Notes: generated by a model from the sequence alone, not told the origin. Shown: positions 1 to 14,039, counted from the stretch's first letter. The stretch: 64,000 nt of DNA from the human T2T-CHM13v2.0 reference genome, Homo sapiens (GCF_009914755.1 NC_060947.1), one strand, 5' to 3'. A program made the numbers and translations.

Positions 1-14
1 TGTTAATTAATGAC

Positions 15-235
15 AATAAGTCTGGAGCCAGGCTATTAAGAGTTATATCCTAGCTTCCCTAATTCCTAGCATGCAAGGCTTTGGGAAATTTTTTAACTTT
101 TCTGTGCTTCAGTTTCTTCATCTTAAAACTTGGATGATTGTACCCACCTTATGGGATTCTGTGCAGGTTAAATCAATTTATTTCTGTAAATTACCTATAA
201 TACTCCATAAATGCCAATGATTACTATTACTATCA
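15..235 (+). mobile_element. MIR SINE, diverged
   Basis: tctggagccag...ttaacttttctgtgcttcagtttcttcatct...ttatgggatt matches the MIR core. Confidence 0.7.
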
Positions 236-534
236 ATTGCAGAAATTCTACTCAGGATTTAAGGCTTTTATTCTCATTGTTTAGGCAACACTGTCTCACA
301 TGTCTGAATGCTGTGCTGCACTGTTGACTGTCACTGTTGGGGATATTGGAAGATCACAAGAAACTCCTGATCCTGAATACTGGCCTGAGCCTCTTTTGGA
401 AGAGGCCTTCCAGAACCCTACTCTTGCTAGAACTGAATGCCAGAGCTGTGTAATGGGGACATCCTGTTGTGAACTTATGTCCTTTCTGGACAAATGTATT
501 CAATTTGAGGCAGCATGCCCAATGGTTAGCCACT

Positions 535-750
535 CAACCTCTGAACCCAAACCCCCAGCTCTACTGCTTAATAGCTATATAACCTTGAGAAAATTCATTA
601 ATATTCCTGTACTTCAATTTTATCATGTATAAAATAAGGATAATAATTTTACATGTCTTATGGGGTTGTTATGATGATTAAATGGGTTAACATTTCTAAA
701 AAATACTTGAACAGTGCCTGATACATTGTAAATGCATATATATGTGTTTT
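535..750 (+). mobile_element. MIR SINE, diverged
   Basis: ggataataat...tatggggttgttatgatgattaaatgggttaa...gaacagtgcctgatacattgtaaatg is the MIR core and 3' end. Confidence 0.75.
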
Positions 751-2004
751 TAAAAATAGACAATTATATACCATTAAATGTTAACCTGGCTTTGATGCAG
801 CTAGTTGATCAAATAATCTAAATCTTTGTAATTGGATAGTAATAGAAAAGAAGGAAGAGAAAGAGAATATGCATGTTTACAAAAGCAAAAGCCTAGGCTT
901 TGGATGTGGTGAGGACAGACATCTCTGAGATGTCCTTAATTTTATCCACTTCCATTGAATGTTATTTGCGTTCACCTCTTGTGCAAAATAAGAACCAAAA
1001 GGGAGTCTTCCTTATTATCTCCCTTTCCTCTACATCCATACATAATGTCTATTGTGCCCCCAAGAGCTCTTCTAAGTGTCTAGAACACCACAATAATCAA
1101 AGAGACATGATTTTTCCATCACAGAGCTACATTCAGATGGTAAACACACTGAGGTTTTAAAGAGATAATTTTAGTGGCTTGTTTAATGTGGCTTAATCTG
1201 AAGGGACACAGTAAAACCAGAGGAGGTTAATATCCCAGCACCTAACCTATATAGGCAGAAACATCCAAATATAGATGGAAGGAAAATTGACATGAACTAG
1301 GCCATGCTAGCAGGAAAAGATGAGAAGGATCAGATTTTAAGATAGAAGCACAGTAGCAGTATGAACCTACAGGATTTGGCAGGAGTTTGGATGTATTTGA
1401 GCATATGTATATAAGGGTACTTTCTGACCAAATAAGGGGATAGTAAGGCCATTAACAAAGAGAAGGGAAGGGGAGGAGAAGAAGGGAAAAAACACTCTTT
1501 TGTGTGCTATAATTGCTGTTTGAAATGAATTACTACTGAGAGGGGATTTCCACAAAATGTTTCTGGGATTTTTTGGAACCAGGGTCTTTATTTGGGCAAC
1601 CCTGCACCTACTGCATGCATCGTCGAGCCTACCCTCTGCTGGTGTGTGCTGAAGATTACATGATCAAGGCTCTTAAGTGTGTGATGGAAGGTGCTCAATG
1701 GGAATTGTATCCTTCCAAATGGAGACTGCCAGGGAAAAGTTTTCTGCATGCTAAGGTGATTTCTCAGAGCTGAGACCAAGTGCATGGGGGTCTGTGATCA
1801 ATGCCATGTGGGAGCTGCTCCTTACAGTTGACAGATAGCCAGGGTGTCCTCAGATGGAGTTTATGAAACCTGAAGTTTAGCAAAACATTTCATATAATGA
1901 TCATATTAATTTCTCAAATTGTTTTTCTTTTTAACCCAATCTAGTATAGGTGACCATGCAGACTCTTCAGAAATAGACATTGGCAAACTTTGCTCAGAAA
2001 GAGT

Positions 2005-2858
2005 CTGAAAGACATACAAGCGGCCAAGAAACATGAAAAAATGCCTCACATCACTAATCGTCAGAGAAATGCACATCAAAACCACAATGAGATACCACAC
2101 CAGTCAGAATGGCTTTTATTAAAATTTCAAAAAATAACAGATGTTGGGGAGGCTGTGAAGACAAGGGGACATATGCAATGGTGGTGTGAATATAAATTAG
2201 TTCAGCCACTGTGGAGAGCAGTTTGGAGATTTCTCAAAGAACTGAGTTGAACTACTGTTTAACCCAGCAATTCCATTGCTGGGTATATACCCAAAGGAAA
2301 ATAGATCATTCTTCCACAAGGACACATGCACCTGTACATTCATTGCAGTGCCCATCATAATAGCATAAACATGGAATAAACCAAGGTGCCCATCAATGGT
2401 GGATTGAATAAAAAAAAAGTGGTACAAATACAACATGGAATACTATGCAGCCTTGGAAAAGCATGAAATCATGTTGTTTACAGCAACATGAATGCAGCCA
2501 GGGGCCATTATCCTAAGCAAACTAATTCCAAAGTATAAGTAATTATACTTATTGTATAAGTAATAATTTATAAATATTTGTTTTTTCCTTGAAAACCAAA
2601 TACTGCATGTTCTTACTTACAAATGGGAGCTAAACAATTGGGTACCCATGGACATTAACATGGGAGCAACAGACACTGGAGACTACTAGAGGAGGGAGAG
2701 AAGGAAGAGGTCAAGGGCTGAAAAACTACCTATTGGGCACTATGCTCACTACTTGGGTGATAGGTTCAGTCATACCCCAAGCCTCAGCATCACACAACTT
2801 ACCTTTGAAACAAACCTGCACATGTACCCTCTGATTCTAAAATAGAAGTTGAAAAAAG
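2005..2858 (+). mobile_element. L1 3' fragment (L1PB/L1PA15-16-like): ORF2 C-terminus plus 3'UTR
   Basis: ORF 1990-2250 contains KDIQAAKKH...KLVQPLWRAVWRFLKEL; 3'UTR aaaaactacctattggg...; short A tail. Confidence 0.9.
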
Positions 2859-3081
2859 AGCCTCAGTATCTCTTTTACTCATGAAAATGTGTTATGGTAA
2901 ACCTGAAATATTAAAAGCATTTCCCTTATCTATTGTACATATCTCACTCTTTAAATTTTTAAACAATTATTCTGGATATGTAATAGCTGTACATATATAT
3001 AGGGTCCATGTGAAATTTTGATACAAGCATACATTGTGTAATGATAAAATAGAGGTAATTGGGATATCCATTACCTCCAGC

Positions 3082-3997
3082 TTTTACTTTAGTTATAGAA
3101 GGTACATAGGTAGGATTGTTACATAAGCATATTGGATCCAGATAGTGAGCATAGTACCCAATAGGTAGTTTCGAACCCACATCCCCCTCCCTCCTTGCAC
3201 TAGTAGTCCACAGTGCTTATTGTTATCACGTTTATGTCCACATGTGCTCAATGTTTAGCTCCAACATATAAGTTAGAATATACATATTTGGTTTTCTATT
3301 CCTGTGTTAATTCAGTCAGGATTATAGCCACTGGCTCCATCCATGTTGCTGCAAAGGACATGATTTTATTCTGTTTTATGGCTACGTAGTATTGCATGAT
3401 ATATTTGTACCACATTTTCATTATCCAATCCACCATTGATGGGCACCTAGGTTGATTCTATGTCTTTGCTATTGTGAATAATAACGTGACAAACATATGA
3501 GTGCATGTGTGTTTTTGGTATAATGATCTATATTCCTTCGGGTGTATATTCAGCAATGGAATTGCTGGGTGGAATGGTAGCTCTGTTTTAAGTTCTTTGA
3601 TAAATCTCCAAACTGCTTTCCACAGAGACTAGACTAATTTACATTTCCACCAACAGTGCATAGGCATTCTCTTGTCTCCACAGCCTCACCAGCATTGTCT
3701 TTTGACTTTTTAATAGTAGCCATTCTGAAAGGTGTGAGATAATATCTCATTGTAGTTTTGACTTGCATTTCTCTGAGGATTAGTAATGAGTATTTTTTCA
3801 TGTTTGTTGGCCGCCTGTATGTCTTCTTTTGAGAAGTGTCTCTTCATGTCCTTAGTCTACTTTTTAACAGGGTTTTTTGTTTTTTACTTGTTGATTTGCT
3901 TAAGTTTCTTAAGGATTCTGGATATTAGACCCTTGTCAGATGCATAGTTTGTCAATATTTTCTCCCATTCTGTAGGTTGTCTGGTTTTTATTGATTT

Positions 3998-4061
<64 letters not shown>

Positions 4062-4379
4062 TTTAACTGTTCGGAAGCTCTTTTATTTATTTAGGCCCTA
4101 CTTGTCAATTTGTTTCTATTGCAATTGCTTTTGGGAACTTGGCCATAAATTCTTCGCCAAAGCCAACGTTAAGAAGGGTATTCCCTAGGTTTGCTTCTGG
4201 AATTTTTTGTTTGAGATCTTACATTTAAATATTTAATCCATCTTCAGTTAATTTTTGTATATGGTGAAAGGTAAGGATCTACTTTCATTCTTCTGCATAT
4301 ACCTAGCCAGTAACCGCAGCACCATTTACTGAATAGGGAGTCCTCTCCTCATTGCTTGTTTTTGTCAGCTTTGTTGAAC
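3082..4379 (-). mobile_element. L1PB/L1PA15-16-like 3' fragment
   Basis: reverse-complement 3'UTR (gagcatagtacccaataggtag) and ORF2 C-terminal sequence. Confidence 0.85.
3996..4063. repeat. (TTTC)n microsatellite
   Basis: perfect TTTC tract of about 16 units. Confidence 0.95.
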
Positions 4380-4762
4380 ATTCCCTCCAGGGCAAGTTCA
4401 TCTATGTGCTCCAGGTTGGAACTCCCACATCCAGGGGGTCACCTCAGGAGAGCATGCCGAAAGCATGCACACTTGGCCAGTTTTACAACTTACTTCTGCC
4501 CAGGAAGGTGCCAACTCAGCTTTCTGGTAGATAAGGCACAAGCTAGCAGGGAACCCCTCCCCTTGCTCATTTCCTCCCCTACCTTATAAAAATGTCTACT
4601 TTTTGCTGCAAAGGCAAAACAGCACATTTACAGCAGGACACTTTAAATGTGATACTTCTTCCAAGCTAATTTTAAAATTGAATTTCTTTTTTTGTACCAG
4701 TACTCACGCTTGTTCATTGGACACTACATGTGGTAAGCCACTAACCTGTTTTTCGATTGCAA
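4380..4762 (+). mobile_element. ERV1-type LTR 3' fragment (family not resolved)
   Basis: non-L1 block with TATA-like cttataaaa, a poly(A)-region-like segment and an LTR-like end (ggtaagccactaacctgtttttcgattgca). Confidence 0.55.
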
Positions 4763-7700
4763 TATGGCAGTTCTATTTTTAGCTTTTTGAGGAACTTTCA
4801 TACCATAAGTGGTTTTAGTAATACACATTCCCACTGGCAGTGTACAAGGGTTCCCTTTTATCCATGCCAGCATCTGTTATTGCCCATTTTTTTATAATAG
4901 CCACTTTAACTGGGGTGAGATGATAGCTCATTGTGATTTTAATTTGAATTTCTCTGATGATTAGTGATGTTGAGCATTTTTTCATATACCTGTAGACTAT
5001 TTTTATGTCATCTTTTGAGCAATGTCAATTCAAATTCTTTACCCATTTTTAATCAAATTATTTTTTATTGAGATGTTTGAATTACTTATATATTCCAGTT
5101 ATTAATTCCTTGTTAGATAAGTTGATTGCTAATATTATCACCTGTTCTGTAGGTCATCTGTTTATTTGTTGATCCTTTTCTTTGCCATGCAGAAGTCATT
5201 TAGTTTGCTATGATTCCATTTGTTGTTTTTTGCTTTGATTACCTATACTTTTGTTGTCTTACTCAAGAAGTCTTTATGCTGACCAATGTCCTGGAGCATT
5301 TCTCCAATATTTTCTGTTAGTAATTTCATGGTTTCAGGTCTTAGGTTTAGGTCTTTAATCCATTTAATTTGATTTTTGCTTATTACAGGAGATAGGGATC
5401 TAGTTTTATTCTTCTGCATACAGATATTCAGTTTTTTCAACAGTGGTTATTGAAGAGTTTACATTTCCCATTCTTGAGGAGTTTACACGGTTTATTTTTA
5501 GAAAACCGAATTTTAACTTTAATTCAGAAGGTACATTGCAGGTTTGTTACATGAGTATATAGGATGATGCTGAAGTTTGGGTTATGAGTAATCCCATTAC
5601 CCACATACTTAGCATAGTACCCAATAATTAGTTTTCTAATACTTAGCCCTTTATTTCTCTCTCCTCTCAGTAGTCGCAAATTTCTTTTGTTGCTATCTTT
5701 ATATCTATGAGTACCCAATGATTACACCCTACTTAAAAGTGAGACCATGCGGTATTTGGTTTTATGTTTCTGCATTAATTTGCTTAGGATAATGGCCTCC
5801 AGCTGCATCCATGTTGCGGCAATGGTTGCCTGTGTCTTTTTTGTGGAATGAATTATTTTCTTTTGGATATCCAGCCAGTAATGGGAATCCTGGGTTGAAT
5901 GATAGTTCTAAGATATTTGACAAATTTCTAAACTGCTTTCCACAATGGCAGAACTAATTTACATTCCCACCAACAGTTTATGAGCATTCCCTTTTCTCTG
6001 TAGCCTCACCAGCATTTGTTAGTTTTTGACTTTTTAATAGTAGCCATTCTGACTGTTGTAAGATGGTATCTCATTATGGTTTTGATTTGCATTTTTTGAT
6101 GATTAGTGATGTGGAGCATGTTTTCATATGTTTGTTGGCTGTTTGTATGTCTTCTTTTGAAAAGTGTTTATGTCTTTTGCCCACTTGTTAATGGGGTTCT
6201 TTGTTTTTTGCTTGTTCACTTGTTTAAGTTCATTATAGTTTCTAGATATTAGGCCTTTGTTAGTTTGTGAATATTTTCTCTCATTCTTCAGTTTGTTTAA
6301 TCTGTAGATTGTTTCTTTTACTGTGCAGATGCTCTTTTTAATTAGGTCACATTTGTCAATTTTTATTTTTGTTGCAATTGCTTTTGAGGAATAAGTCATA
6401 AATTTATTTCTAAGACCAATATACAGAATGGTGTTTATAGCGTTGTTTATAGAATTCTTATAGTTTAGGTCTTGAGTTCATTTCTGTATACAGTGAAAGG
6501 TAGGGATACAGTTTAATTCTTCTACATGTTGATAGCCAGTTATTCCAGAACCATTTATTGAGTAATGAATTCATTCCTCATTGTTTATTTTTGTGAACTT
6601 TGTCAAAGACCAGATGGCTGAAGGTGTGCAGCTTTATTTCTAGGTTATTTTGTTCCATTGGTCTATGTGTCTGTTTTTATACCAGTACCATGCTGTTTTG
6701 GTTACTGTAGGCTTACAGTATAGTTTGACATTGGGTAATGTGATACCACCAGCTTTTTTTTCGTTTATATTAAGATTGTTTTAGCTATTTGGGCTCCTTT
6801 TAGGTATTTGGGCTCTTTTTAGGTTTCACGCGAATTTTAGAATTTTTTTTAAATTATGTGAAAAATGACATTGGTAGTTTGATAAGAATAATGTTGATTC
6901 TGTAAATTGCTTTGGCCAGTATGGTTATTTTAATTATATTGATTTTTCTAGTTTATGAGCATTAAATGTTCTTCCATTTGTTTGTGTCATTTATGATTTA
7001 TTTCAACATTATTTTGTAAAACTCCTTTTAGTTAAATGTATTCCTAGTGATTTTTTTGTGGTTATTGTAAATGAGATTGCATTTTTTATTTGACTATCAG
7101 CTTGAACATTATTAGTATGTAGAAATGCTACTGATATTTGGACATTGCTTTCATGTCTTGAAACTTTGCTGAAGTTGTCAGTTCCAGGAGTCTTTTGGCT
7201 GAGCCTTTAGGGTTTTCTAGGTATAGAATCATATCCTTTGTAAAGAGATATAATTTTATCTCTTCTTTTACTATGTGAATGCCTTTTATTTCTTTCTCTA
7301 ATCTGATTTTTCTGGCTAGCACCTCCAATACTGTATTGAATAGAAATGGTGAGAGTGAGCATTTATGTTTTACTCCAGTTCTCAAGGGGAATCCTTCCAG
7401 TTTTTGCCCACTCTGTATGATGTTCACTCTGGGTTTTATTATTTAGATGGCTTTTATTATTTTATGGTATGTTTCTTTGATGTCTAGTCTGTTGAGAATT
7501 TTTATCATGAAAAGATGGCAGATTTTATTGAAAGTCCAGAACTTCTTTGTTAGTGTTCTGCCCTAAAAGTCTGTCTAATGCTGTCAGTGGTGTGTTGAGG
7601 TCACCCAATTTTATTGTGTGGTTGCCTCAGTCTTTTTGTAGGTCTTGAAGTATTTCTCTTATGAATTTAGGTACTTCAATGTTGGGTGCATATATATTGA

Positions 7701-8505
7701 GGATATTTATGTCTTCTTGTTGAATTGAAACATTTATCTTTTTTACTGTCGTTGGTTTGAAATCTGTTTTATAAGAATTTATCAGAATAGTGATCCCTGC
7801 TTATTTTGTTTTCATTTGCATGGTAGATCTTTCTCCCACCCTTTACTTTGAGACTACGTGTGTCATTACATGTGAGATTTGTTCCTAGAAGACAGCAGAT
7901 GGATGGGTGTTAATTTTTTTATACAATTTGCCCCTCTGTGCCTATTAAGTGGGGGCATTTATATCATTTACATTCAGTGTTAATATTGATATATTAGATT
8001 TTGATCCTATCATGAAGTTGTTATGTTGTTGATTTGTTTGTAGTTTCTATTATGTGGTTTCTTTATAGGGTTTGTGGGCTAGGTACTTAATAGGTACTTA
8101 ATTTAAGTGTTTTTTTTTTTTTTTCTCGGATGTTCTTTGGTTTCCATGTTTAAAACTTCCTTAATGATCTACTGGAAGGCTGGTCTAGTGTTGATAAATT
8201 CACTTAGCACTTGCTGATCTGGAAAAGATTGTATTTCTCCTTCACTTATAAAGGTTGGTTTGGTGGGATATGAAATTCTTGGTTGGAATTTCTTTCTTTT
8301 AAGGATGCTGAAAGCAGATCTTCAGTCTCTCCTGGCTTGTAAGTTTTCTGCTGAGAAGTCTCCTTTTAGTATAATGGATTTCCCTTTGTACATGATCTGA
8401 CCTTTTTCTCTGGCTGCCTTTAAGATTTTATTTTTAGGAGTTATCTTGGACAGTTTGGTGACTATATTCCTTGGTGATGTTTGCCTTGTATAGTATCTTG
8501 CAAGT

Positions 8506-8850
8506 TGTATTAGTCCATTTTCACACTGCTAATTAAGACATACCCGAGACTGGGAAGAAATAGTTTAATTGGACTTATAGTTCCACAAGGTTGGGGAGGC
8601 CTCAGAATCATGATGGGAGGCAGAAGGCATTCTTACTTGGCAGCAGCAAGAAAAAATGAGGAAGATGCAAAAGTGGAAACCCCTGATAAAACCATCAGAT
8701 GTCATGAGACATATTCACTGCCATGAGAACAGTGTGGGGTTAACCACCCCCATGATTGAAATTATCTCCCACTGGGTTCCTCCCACAACACGTGGGAATT
8801 ATGGGATTTGAGACAAGATTTGGGTGGGGACACAGAGCAAAACCATCTCA
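8506..8850 (-). mobile_element. THE1 (C/D-like) MaLR solo LTR
   Basis: tgtattagtcc...aaccatctca termini; 5-bp TSD caagt (8501-8505) / taagt (8851-8855). Confidence 0.9.
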
Positions 8851-9658
8851 TAAGTGTCATCTGGATTTCTTCTATCTAGTTGTCTACCTCTCTAGCAAGA
8901 TTAGGGAAGGTTTTCTGAATTACTCTCTCAAATATGTTTTCAGAGTGTCAATGTTGTTTACTTTTTCTCCCTTCTCTTTCAGGAATGCCAATCATTAATA
9001 GGCTTCATTGCTTTGTATATTTTCATATATCTCAAAGACTTTGTTTCATTTAAATATTTTTTTCTTTATTTTCTGTCTGAATGGGTTAGTTAAAAAAACT
9101 GGTCTTCAACCTTTGAAATTCTTTCTTCTGCTTGATTCAGTCTACTGATAAATCTTTGTTCTGTATTTTGAGATTCCCTAAGTGAGTTTTTCAATTCCAG
9201 AAGCTCCAACTGATTATTTTCTTAAGATGTTTATCTCTTTCTTTATTTCCTTGATTGCTCTAGAAATTTTTCATGTTGATTTTCAACGTTGTGTTTGATA
9301 TTGTTATGTTTCCTTGCAATCCATGCTTGGAGTTCTTTATCTGACATTTCTTAGTTTCCATTTTGATTAGGTAACATTGCTGGAGAGCTATTGCGATTTT
9401 TTGGTGGTGTCACTACATTCAGATTTCTTTTAGTTTCTGAATTCTTGTGCTGGGCCTTGGGGGAAACTGGGGGACAAGATGGGTGAGGCTGCCTACTGGT
9501 CCCCCAATGACAGGCACAGGCACCAGCACCAATGGAGAATCCAGTGGGTGACTGCCAAGTGCCCAGAGATGTGCCTAGGCACGGAGCAGTGAAACTTCTT
9601 CATCCCTAAGTTCTCTGCATGGGGATTGTGGTTGACTATACTCTTAATCCAGGACAGT

Positions 9659-10065
9659 GGGTGCTCTAGATTTCTGGAGATCTGCTGGGATGTGGAGTAC
9701 AGAGGACACCCCTGCACCACAATTTATGTCCAAGAATGGTAGGGCAACTTAGAGTGCTAGTCTACACAAGTGTTAGAAATGCTGGGAGATCTGCCTACAT
9801 GTTGAATACAGAGTGTCCCCACTGCACCTCAATCTATGTACGAGAAAGGTGGACTGGGTCAGGCTGTTGATCTGGGTGCAGGGGTTCTCTGAATACCTGG
9901 AGATTTCTCTGGGCATGGAGTGGAGAGGGCCCTGCTGCACCACAATCTATGTCCATGGAGGGTGGGGCATTTCAGGCTGCTGGTGCCAGCAAGTGGGTTC
10001 TCTGAATACCTGGATTTCTCTCTGGGGGTGGAGCAGAGAGGGCCCCACTGCACCACAATCTCAGA
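9659..10065 (-). repeat. Tandem repeat of ~113 bp (about 3.6 copies) in the old L1 5'UTR
   Basis: recurring gggttctctgaatacctggag...ctgcaccacaatctatg units at ~9659, 9770, 9881, 9995. Confidence 0.8.
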
Positions 10066-12449
10066 GGAACAGACTGGGGCACCCAGGAATGGCACACACA
10101 GATTGGTTCCATGTCAACACACTGACTCTGGCTTCAAGTCTCTTTGCCCATGAGAAACTTTAGCTGTAGCAACTCTCCTCCTTCCCCAGGCCTGTGGCAG
10201 GAGAGAACACAATTTCACCACCTACTGCTGGAGCATTATTCATGGTTCTTGCTGTGGAGGCCCTTACCCCACTCCAGAGCAGTTCTTCAAGTTCCTGGCC
10301 CAAGAGTAAAATTCCTGCATGGCCATGCATCCAGGTCAGCAAAGGATGGCTGACTCTTTATGTGCTTTAATTAAAAATGGCATTCCGCTCTCAGTCCTGC
10401 ATCTGGGAAAACATCTGCACATTTTCCTGGTGTTTTTTCCTCACAGCATCTCCCATCCAAGTTAGCTCCAGGATTTGGGAGGAACAAACTACTCTCCCTC
10501 AGGTTGAGTTGCTCAGATCCGCAGTGGAAAAGATGGTAACAGAGGGAGGCTCTCAGCCTCTCTCACGTACTGCAGCTTCACTCAGTTTTATCAGTGTTTA
10601 CCTGCAGACTGTTTGCCAGCATTCTCTTCCCCAGGATCTGGCGTGTCCTTCATTTTTCCAGTGGAATTTTGTTTTCCTCCTTCAATTAAAATTCAAAGAG
10701 GTGATCTTTATGCACTATCTTGCTATTTCCAAGTGGCTAGGCATGCTAAAATTCTCTAATCTCGTATCTTGGAAAGAAAAATAAAACTTACGTGGTTCTT
10801 AAAACAGGGATTATAAGGTATCGGCTTCTCTAGGGCAAGCTTTACCTTCTGAAGGAAGGAAGTTGTTTTATATTCAGGCATTATATATCCATGAGGGCAA
10901 GTCTAGTACTCTCAGGATGCCTTGAAATCTTCTCTAAAGTCATCTGGTTTATTCAGTCTTTTATTCCTTTAAAAGTTTTAGTTTTCCTTATGTTTATTGT
11001 CTCCTCTTCTCTACCTGTATTGACTACTCAAAAACATTTAAGTGTCTTCCTGTGTCAGATGGGAAGAGTCAGGTGTTTAAGTTTTTAGTTAATATTTTGA
11101 CTGGGGATTCAGAGCTTTCACATTCCTACCCTAACTCTCTCTCCTTTTTCCCCATGAGTTTTTCAGATAAGCTATACACAGAGGGGTAAGTAAAATAATT
11201 TTATTTATACACTCCATTATTGTATGATTCAGTGTTTGCTAACCCCCAGGATGGTGCTCTGAACAGCTGAATTACAGACAGTGACCTAGGTTCCAGACCC
11301 AAGTGATGGCTCTGCTATTTCTCTGGAAGATAAGAGCAAAGGTATACTGCTCTCTTGTTTGGATCCTATGGTATGTAAGGGGTTCTAAGCTTTTCTACTT
11401 TAAGTCCTCTTTTACTCCCAGTTCTGTGAGTTCCTAGACCCACTTCTGGATGCTTACAAAAGTGCATTATGGCAGAATACTAGATAAAGTATGGTCATTC
11501 ATCAGTGCTCTTTAATTTCTACTTACAATCTCATTCCTAGGATCCATGGATTTTCCTCATCAGGCCCACAACTTTTATTTTTTTCCACAGGTTTGGATAA
11601 GAAACCCAGGAGCCTTGGAAGTAAGGAGTAGCAATGAGAAACTCCTTAAACCGTCTACTGCTAAAAGTTGGTGCCTCTGAGTTCACCATATTCTAATCTT
11701 TTATTTCTTTCATAAAATAGAAAGACTTCTGAACTAGAAGTCTGGAGTCATTAGTGAAATTCCTAGTGGCAAAACTAGCTACATGAGGCATTTTGTACAG
11801 GATGATGTTCTGAGATCTGTGAGTTGATGTACAGATGAAATGACAGTTTTTATTTTCTCCAGGTGCTCATAGTCTGATGACAGGTAGAAACAACCATATA
11901 TCAATCTTTAAACAAGAGATTTCAATGGTGAGTGTACTAATATAAGTCTGGGTATCCCTCATCCAAACCCTCATCTACTGAATACAAGCTATAAAAACTT
12001 GCAAACATTTTTTTTTTACCGCAAATCTACTATCTGATAGGAAAACTCATTATAATTATTGCATAAACCAGTGTAAATGTTTAAGTAGTAGGCAGGTTTG
12101 GGAGTTAGAGAATATAGAGTTCCCTGAAGTCATAGCTCATTTATTCTCTTAGTGGGTTTTGTTTTGTGCTCCTCTTGTCTAATCATTATTGCTATTATCT
12201 TTCCCTTCATTTACTTGGGATTTTAACCTTCAGGAGTCCTATGTTTTTTCATTCCAGGTGCTTGAAGTAAATCAATATAAGCAAACAGCTGAGTTTTTGG
12301 GCCTAATAATGAAAATTTGCCACATCTGTGCTTTGAAAAACTGTCTGGAGCTGGGGAGTTAATGCAAATTTAAGAGGATGTATAGTGAAGTAGAGAGTGG
12401 TGGCAAGGTGAACCACTCAGGAGAGGTTTGTAAAATATTCTGATCCATG

Positions 12450-13255
12450 GACATGGTATATCACACCACTTATTTAGTTATTCTTAATGTCTCAGCAATG
12501 TTTTTTAGGTTTTAATATATAGGTCTTGCTCACTTTTTAGATTATTTCTAATTTATAATTTTGATACTACCCTAAATGGTATATTTTAGAACTTTATTTA
12601 TTTTGAAAGAATTATAGGTTCATGGGAAGTTGCAAATGAAGTACAGAGAGGTATCATATGCCTTTCACATAGTTTCTCAAAATGGTTACCTCTTACCTAG
12701 CTTAACTACAGTATCAAAACCAGAAAACAGAAATTGGTACAATATATGTGTGTATGTGTGTCTGTGTGTGTGTAGACATTTTATCTACGTGTATTCTTTT
12801 ATTTTTTAAACAATTTTTTGATGTATAATTGACATACAAAAAGCTGTTCATTTTTAATGTATACAACTTTATGAGTGTGAAGATAAGTATTTACCTATGA
12901 AACCGTCAACACAATCTATGACATAAACATACCCAACATCTCCAAAAACTTCCTCCCATCAACTTTATTATTATTAATTTTTATAAGAATGTAACTTAAG
13001 ATTATCTTCACAAATTTATAAGTATACAATAAAATATTGTTAACTGTAGGCACTATGCTGTACAGTAGATTTCTAGGATTTATTCATCTTGCACAAGTGA
13101 AACTTTATACCCATTGGCAGCAACTCCCATTTTCCCCTCACCCAACTTTAGCAATCACCATTCTACTTTCTGCTTCTATGAGTTTGACTACTTTAGACAC
13201 CTCCCATAAGTGGAATCATGCAGTATTTGTTCTTCTGTGACAGGCTTATTTCACT
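12450..13255 (-). mobile_element. Ancient L1 fragments (L1MC/MD-like 3' end 12590-12800; L1MA7-9-like 3' end 12800-13255)
   Basis: typical reverse 3' termini (gttcatgggaagttgcaaat; gtataattgacatacaaaaagctg). Confidence 0.7.
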
Positions 13256-13439
13256 ACCAGTTTATAATTTTTTTCAGTCTATCTCTTTGTATAGCTTGTA
13301 TAATGGTTTTTCTAGGTGTTACATTATATACACATAATTCATCACAGTCTGCTGGTGGTGTTCATGTCATTCAAATTGCTTTTCTCCTAAAGGTACAAGT
13401 TTCATTTCTCACACAGCTTTTAATATCTTTCTTTCTAAA

Positions 13440-13950
13440 AATTATTTTTATTAATTTATATTAAACATACATATTTTGGGGGTACAATAGATAATTTAAT
13501 ACATTTATATAATTTGTAAATATCAAGATAGCATAATTGGGATATCCTTCACCTTAAAATTTATCTTTTTATGATAGACACATTCAAATTATTCTCCTCT
13601 AGCTTTTCTGAAATATTTAGTAATGTGGGTGTGGTGGCTTATACCTGTAATCCCAATAATTTGGGAAGCCAAGATGCAAGGATTGCTTGAGGGCAGGAGT
13701 TTGAGACCAGCCTGAGCAACAAAACAAGACTGCCATCTTCACAAAAAAATTAAGTATTCAGTGATTTGTGGTGGTGCACACCTTTAGCCTTAGCTACTCA
13801 GGAAGCTGAGGTGGGAGGATTACTTGAGCCCAAGAGTTCAAGGCTGCATTGAGCTATGATCAAGCCACTGCACTCCAGGTTAGGTGACAGAGCAAGAGCT
13901 TATAAAAAATAATGATATATCATAGATTATTGTAAACTATAGTTACTCGA
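13440..13950 (-). mobile_element. L1MA-like 3' end interrupted by an Alu
   Basis: gggatatccttcaccttaa...cattcaaattattctcctctagc. Confidence 0.65.
13625..13910 (+). mobile_element. AluJ-like SINE
   Basis: dimeric Alu with J-type ggattgcttgag...gagctatgatc. Confidence 0.9.
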
Positions 13951-14039
13951 CCAAAGATCTTTTCTTTGTCTTTAGTTTTCAGAATCTAGACTTTAATGTG
14001 TCTTGGCATGGATTGCTTTATTTTTTGCTTTTATTATTA

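Larger units (their letters stand above)
2955..5460 (-). mobile_element. L1MA-like 3' fragment (2955-3081 and 4763-5460), interrupted by younger insertions
   Basis: L1MA-type 3' terminus (gtaattgggatatccattacctc); ORF 5243-5440 IKWIKDLNLRPETMKLL. Confidence 0.7.
5505..10772 (-). mobile_element. Old near-full-length L1 (L1PA15-16/L1PB-like) with internal deletions and a THE1 LTR insertion
   Basis: 3'UTR at ~5505; ORF2 remnants (6124-6399, 7128-7427); jump from RT to EN region at ~7540; ORF1 ~8140-9430; 5'UTR to ...gtatcttgg ~10772. Confidence 0.85.

Noticed and set aside
300-632. 110-aa Cys-rich ORF
   Set aside because: No recognisable domain, its 3' part runs into a MIR, and there is no convincing exon structure.
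1040-1140. Possible L2 remnants (also ~11780-11900)
   Set aside because: The similarity is too weak to call by eye.
9659-10065. Periodic repeats as a CRISPR-like array (also the ~270-bp units at 43915-47170)
   Set aside because: They are degenerate head-to-tail units with no unique spacers, lying inside old L1 5'UTRs in a eukaryotic sequence.
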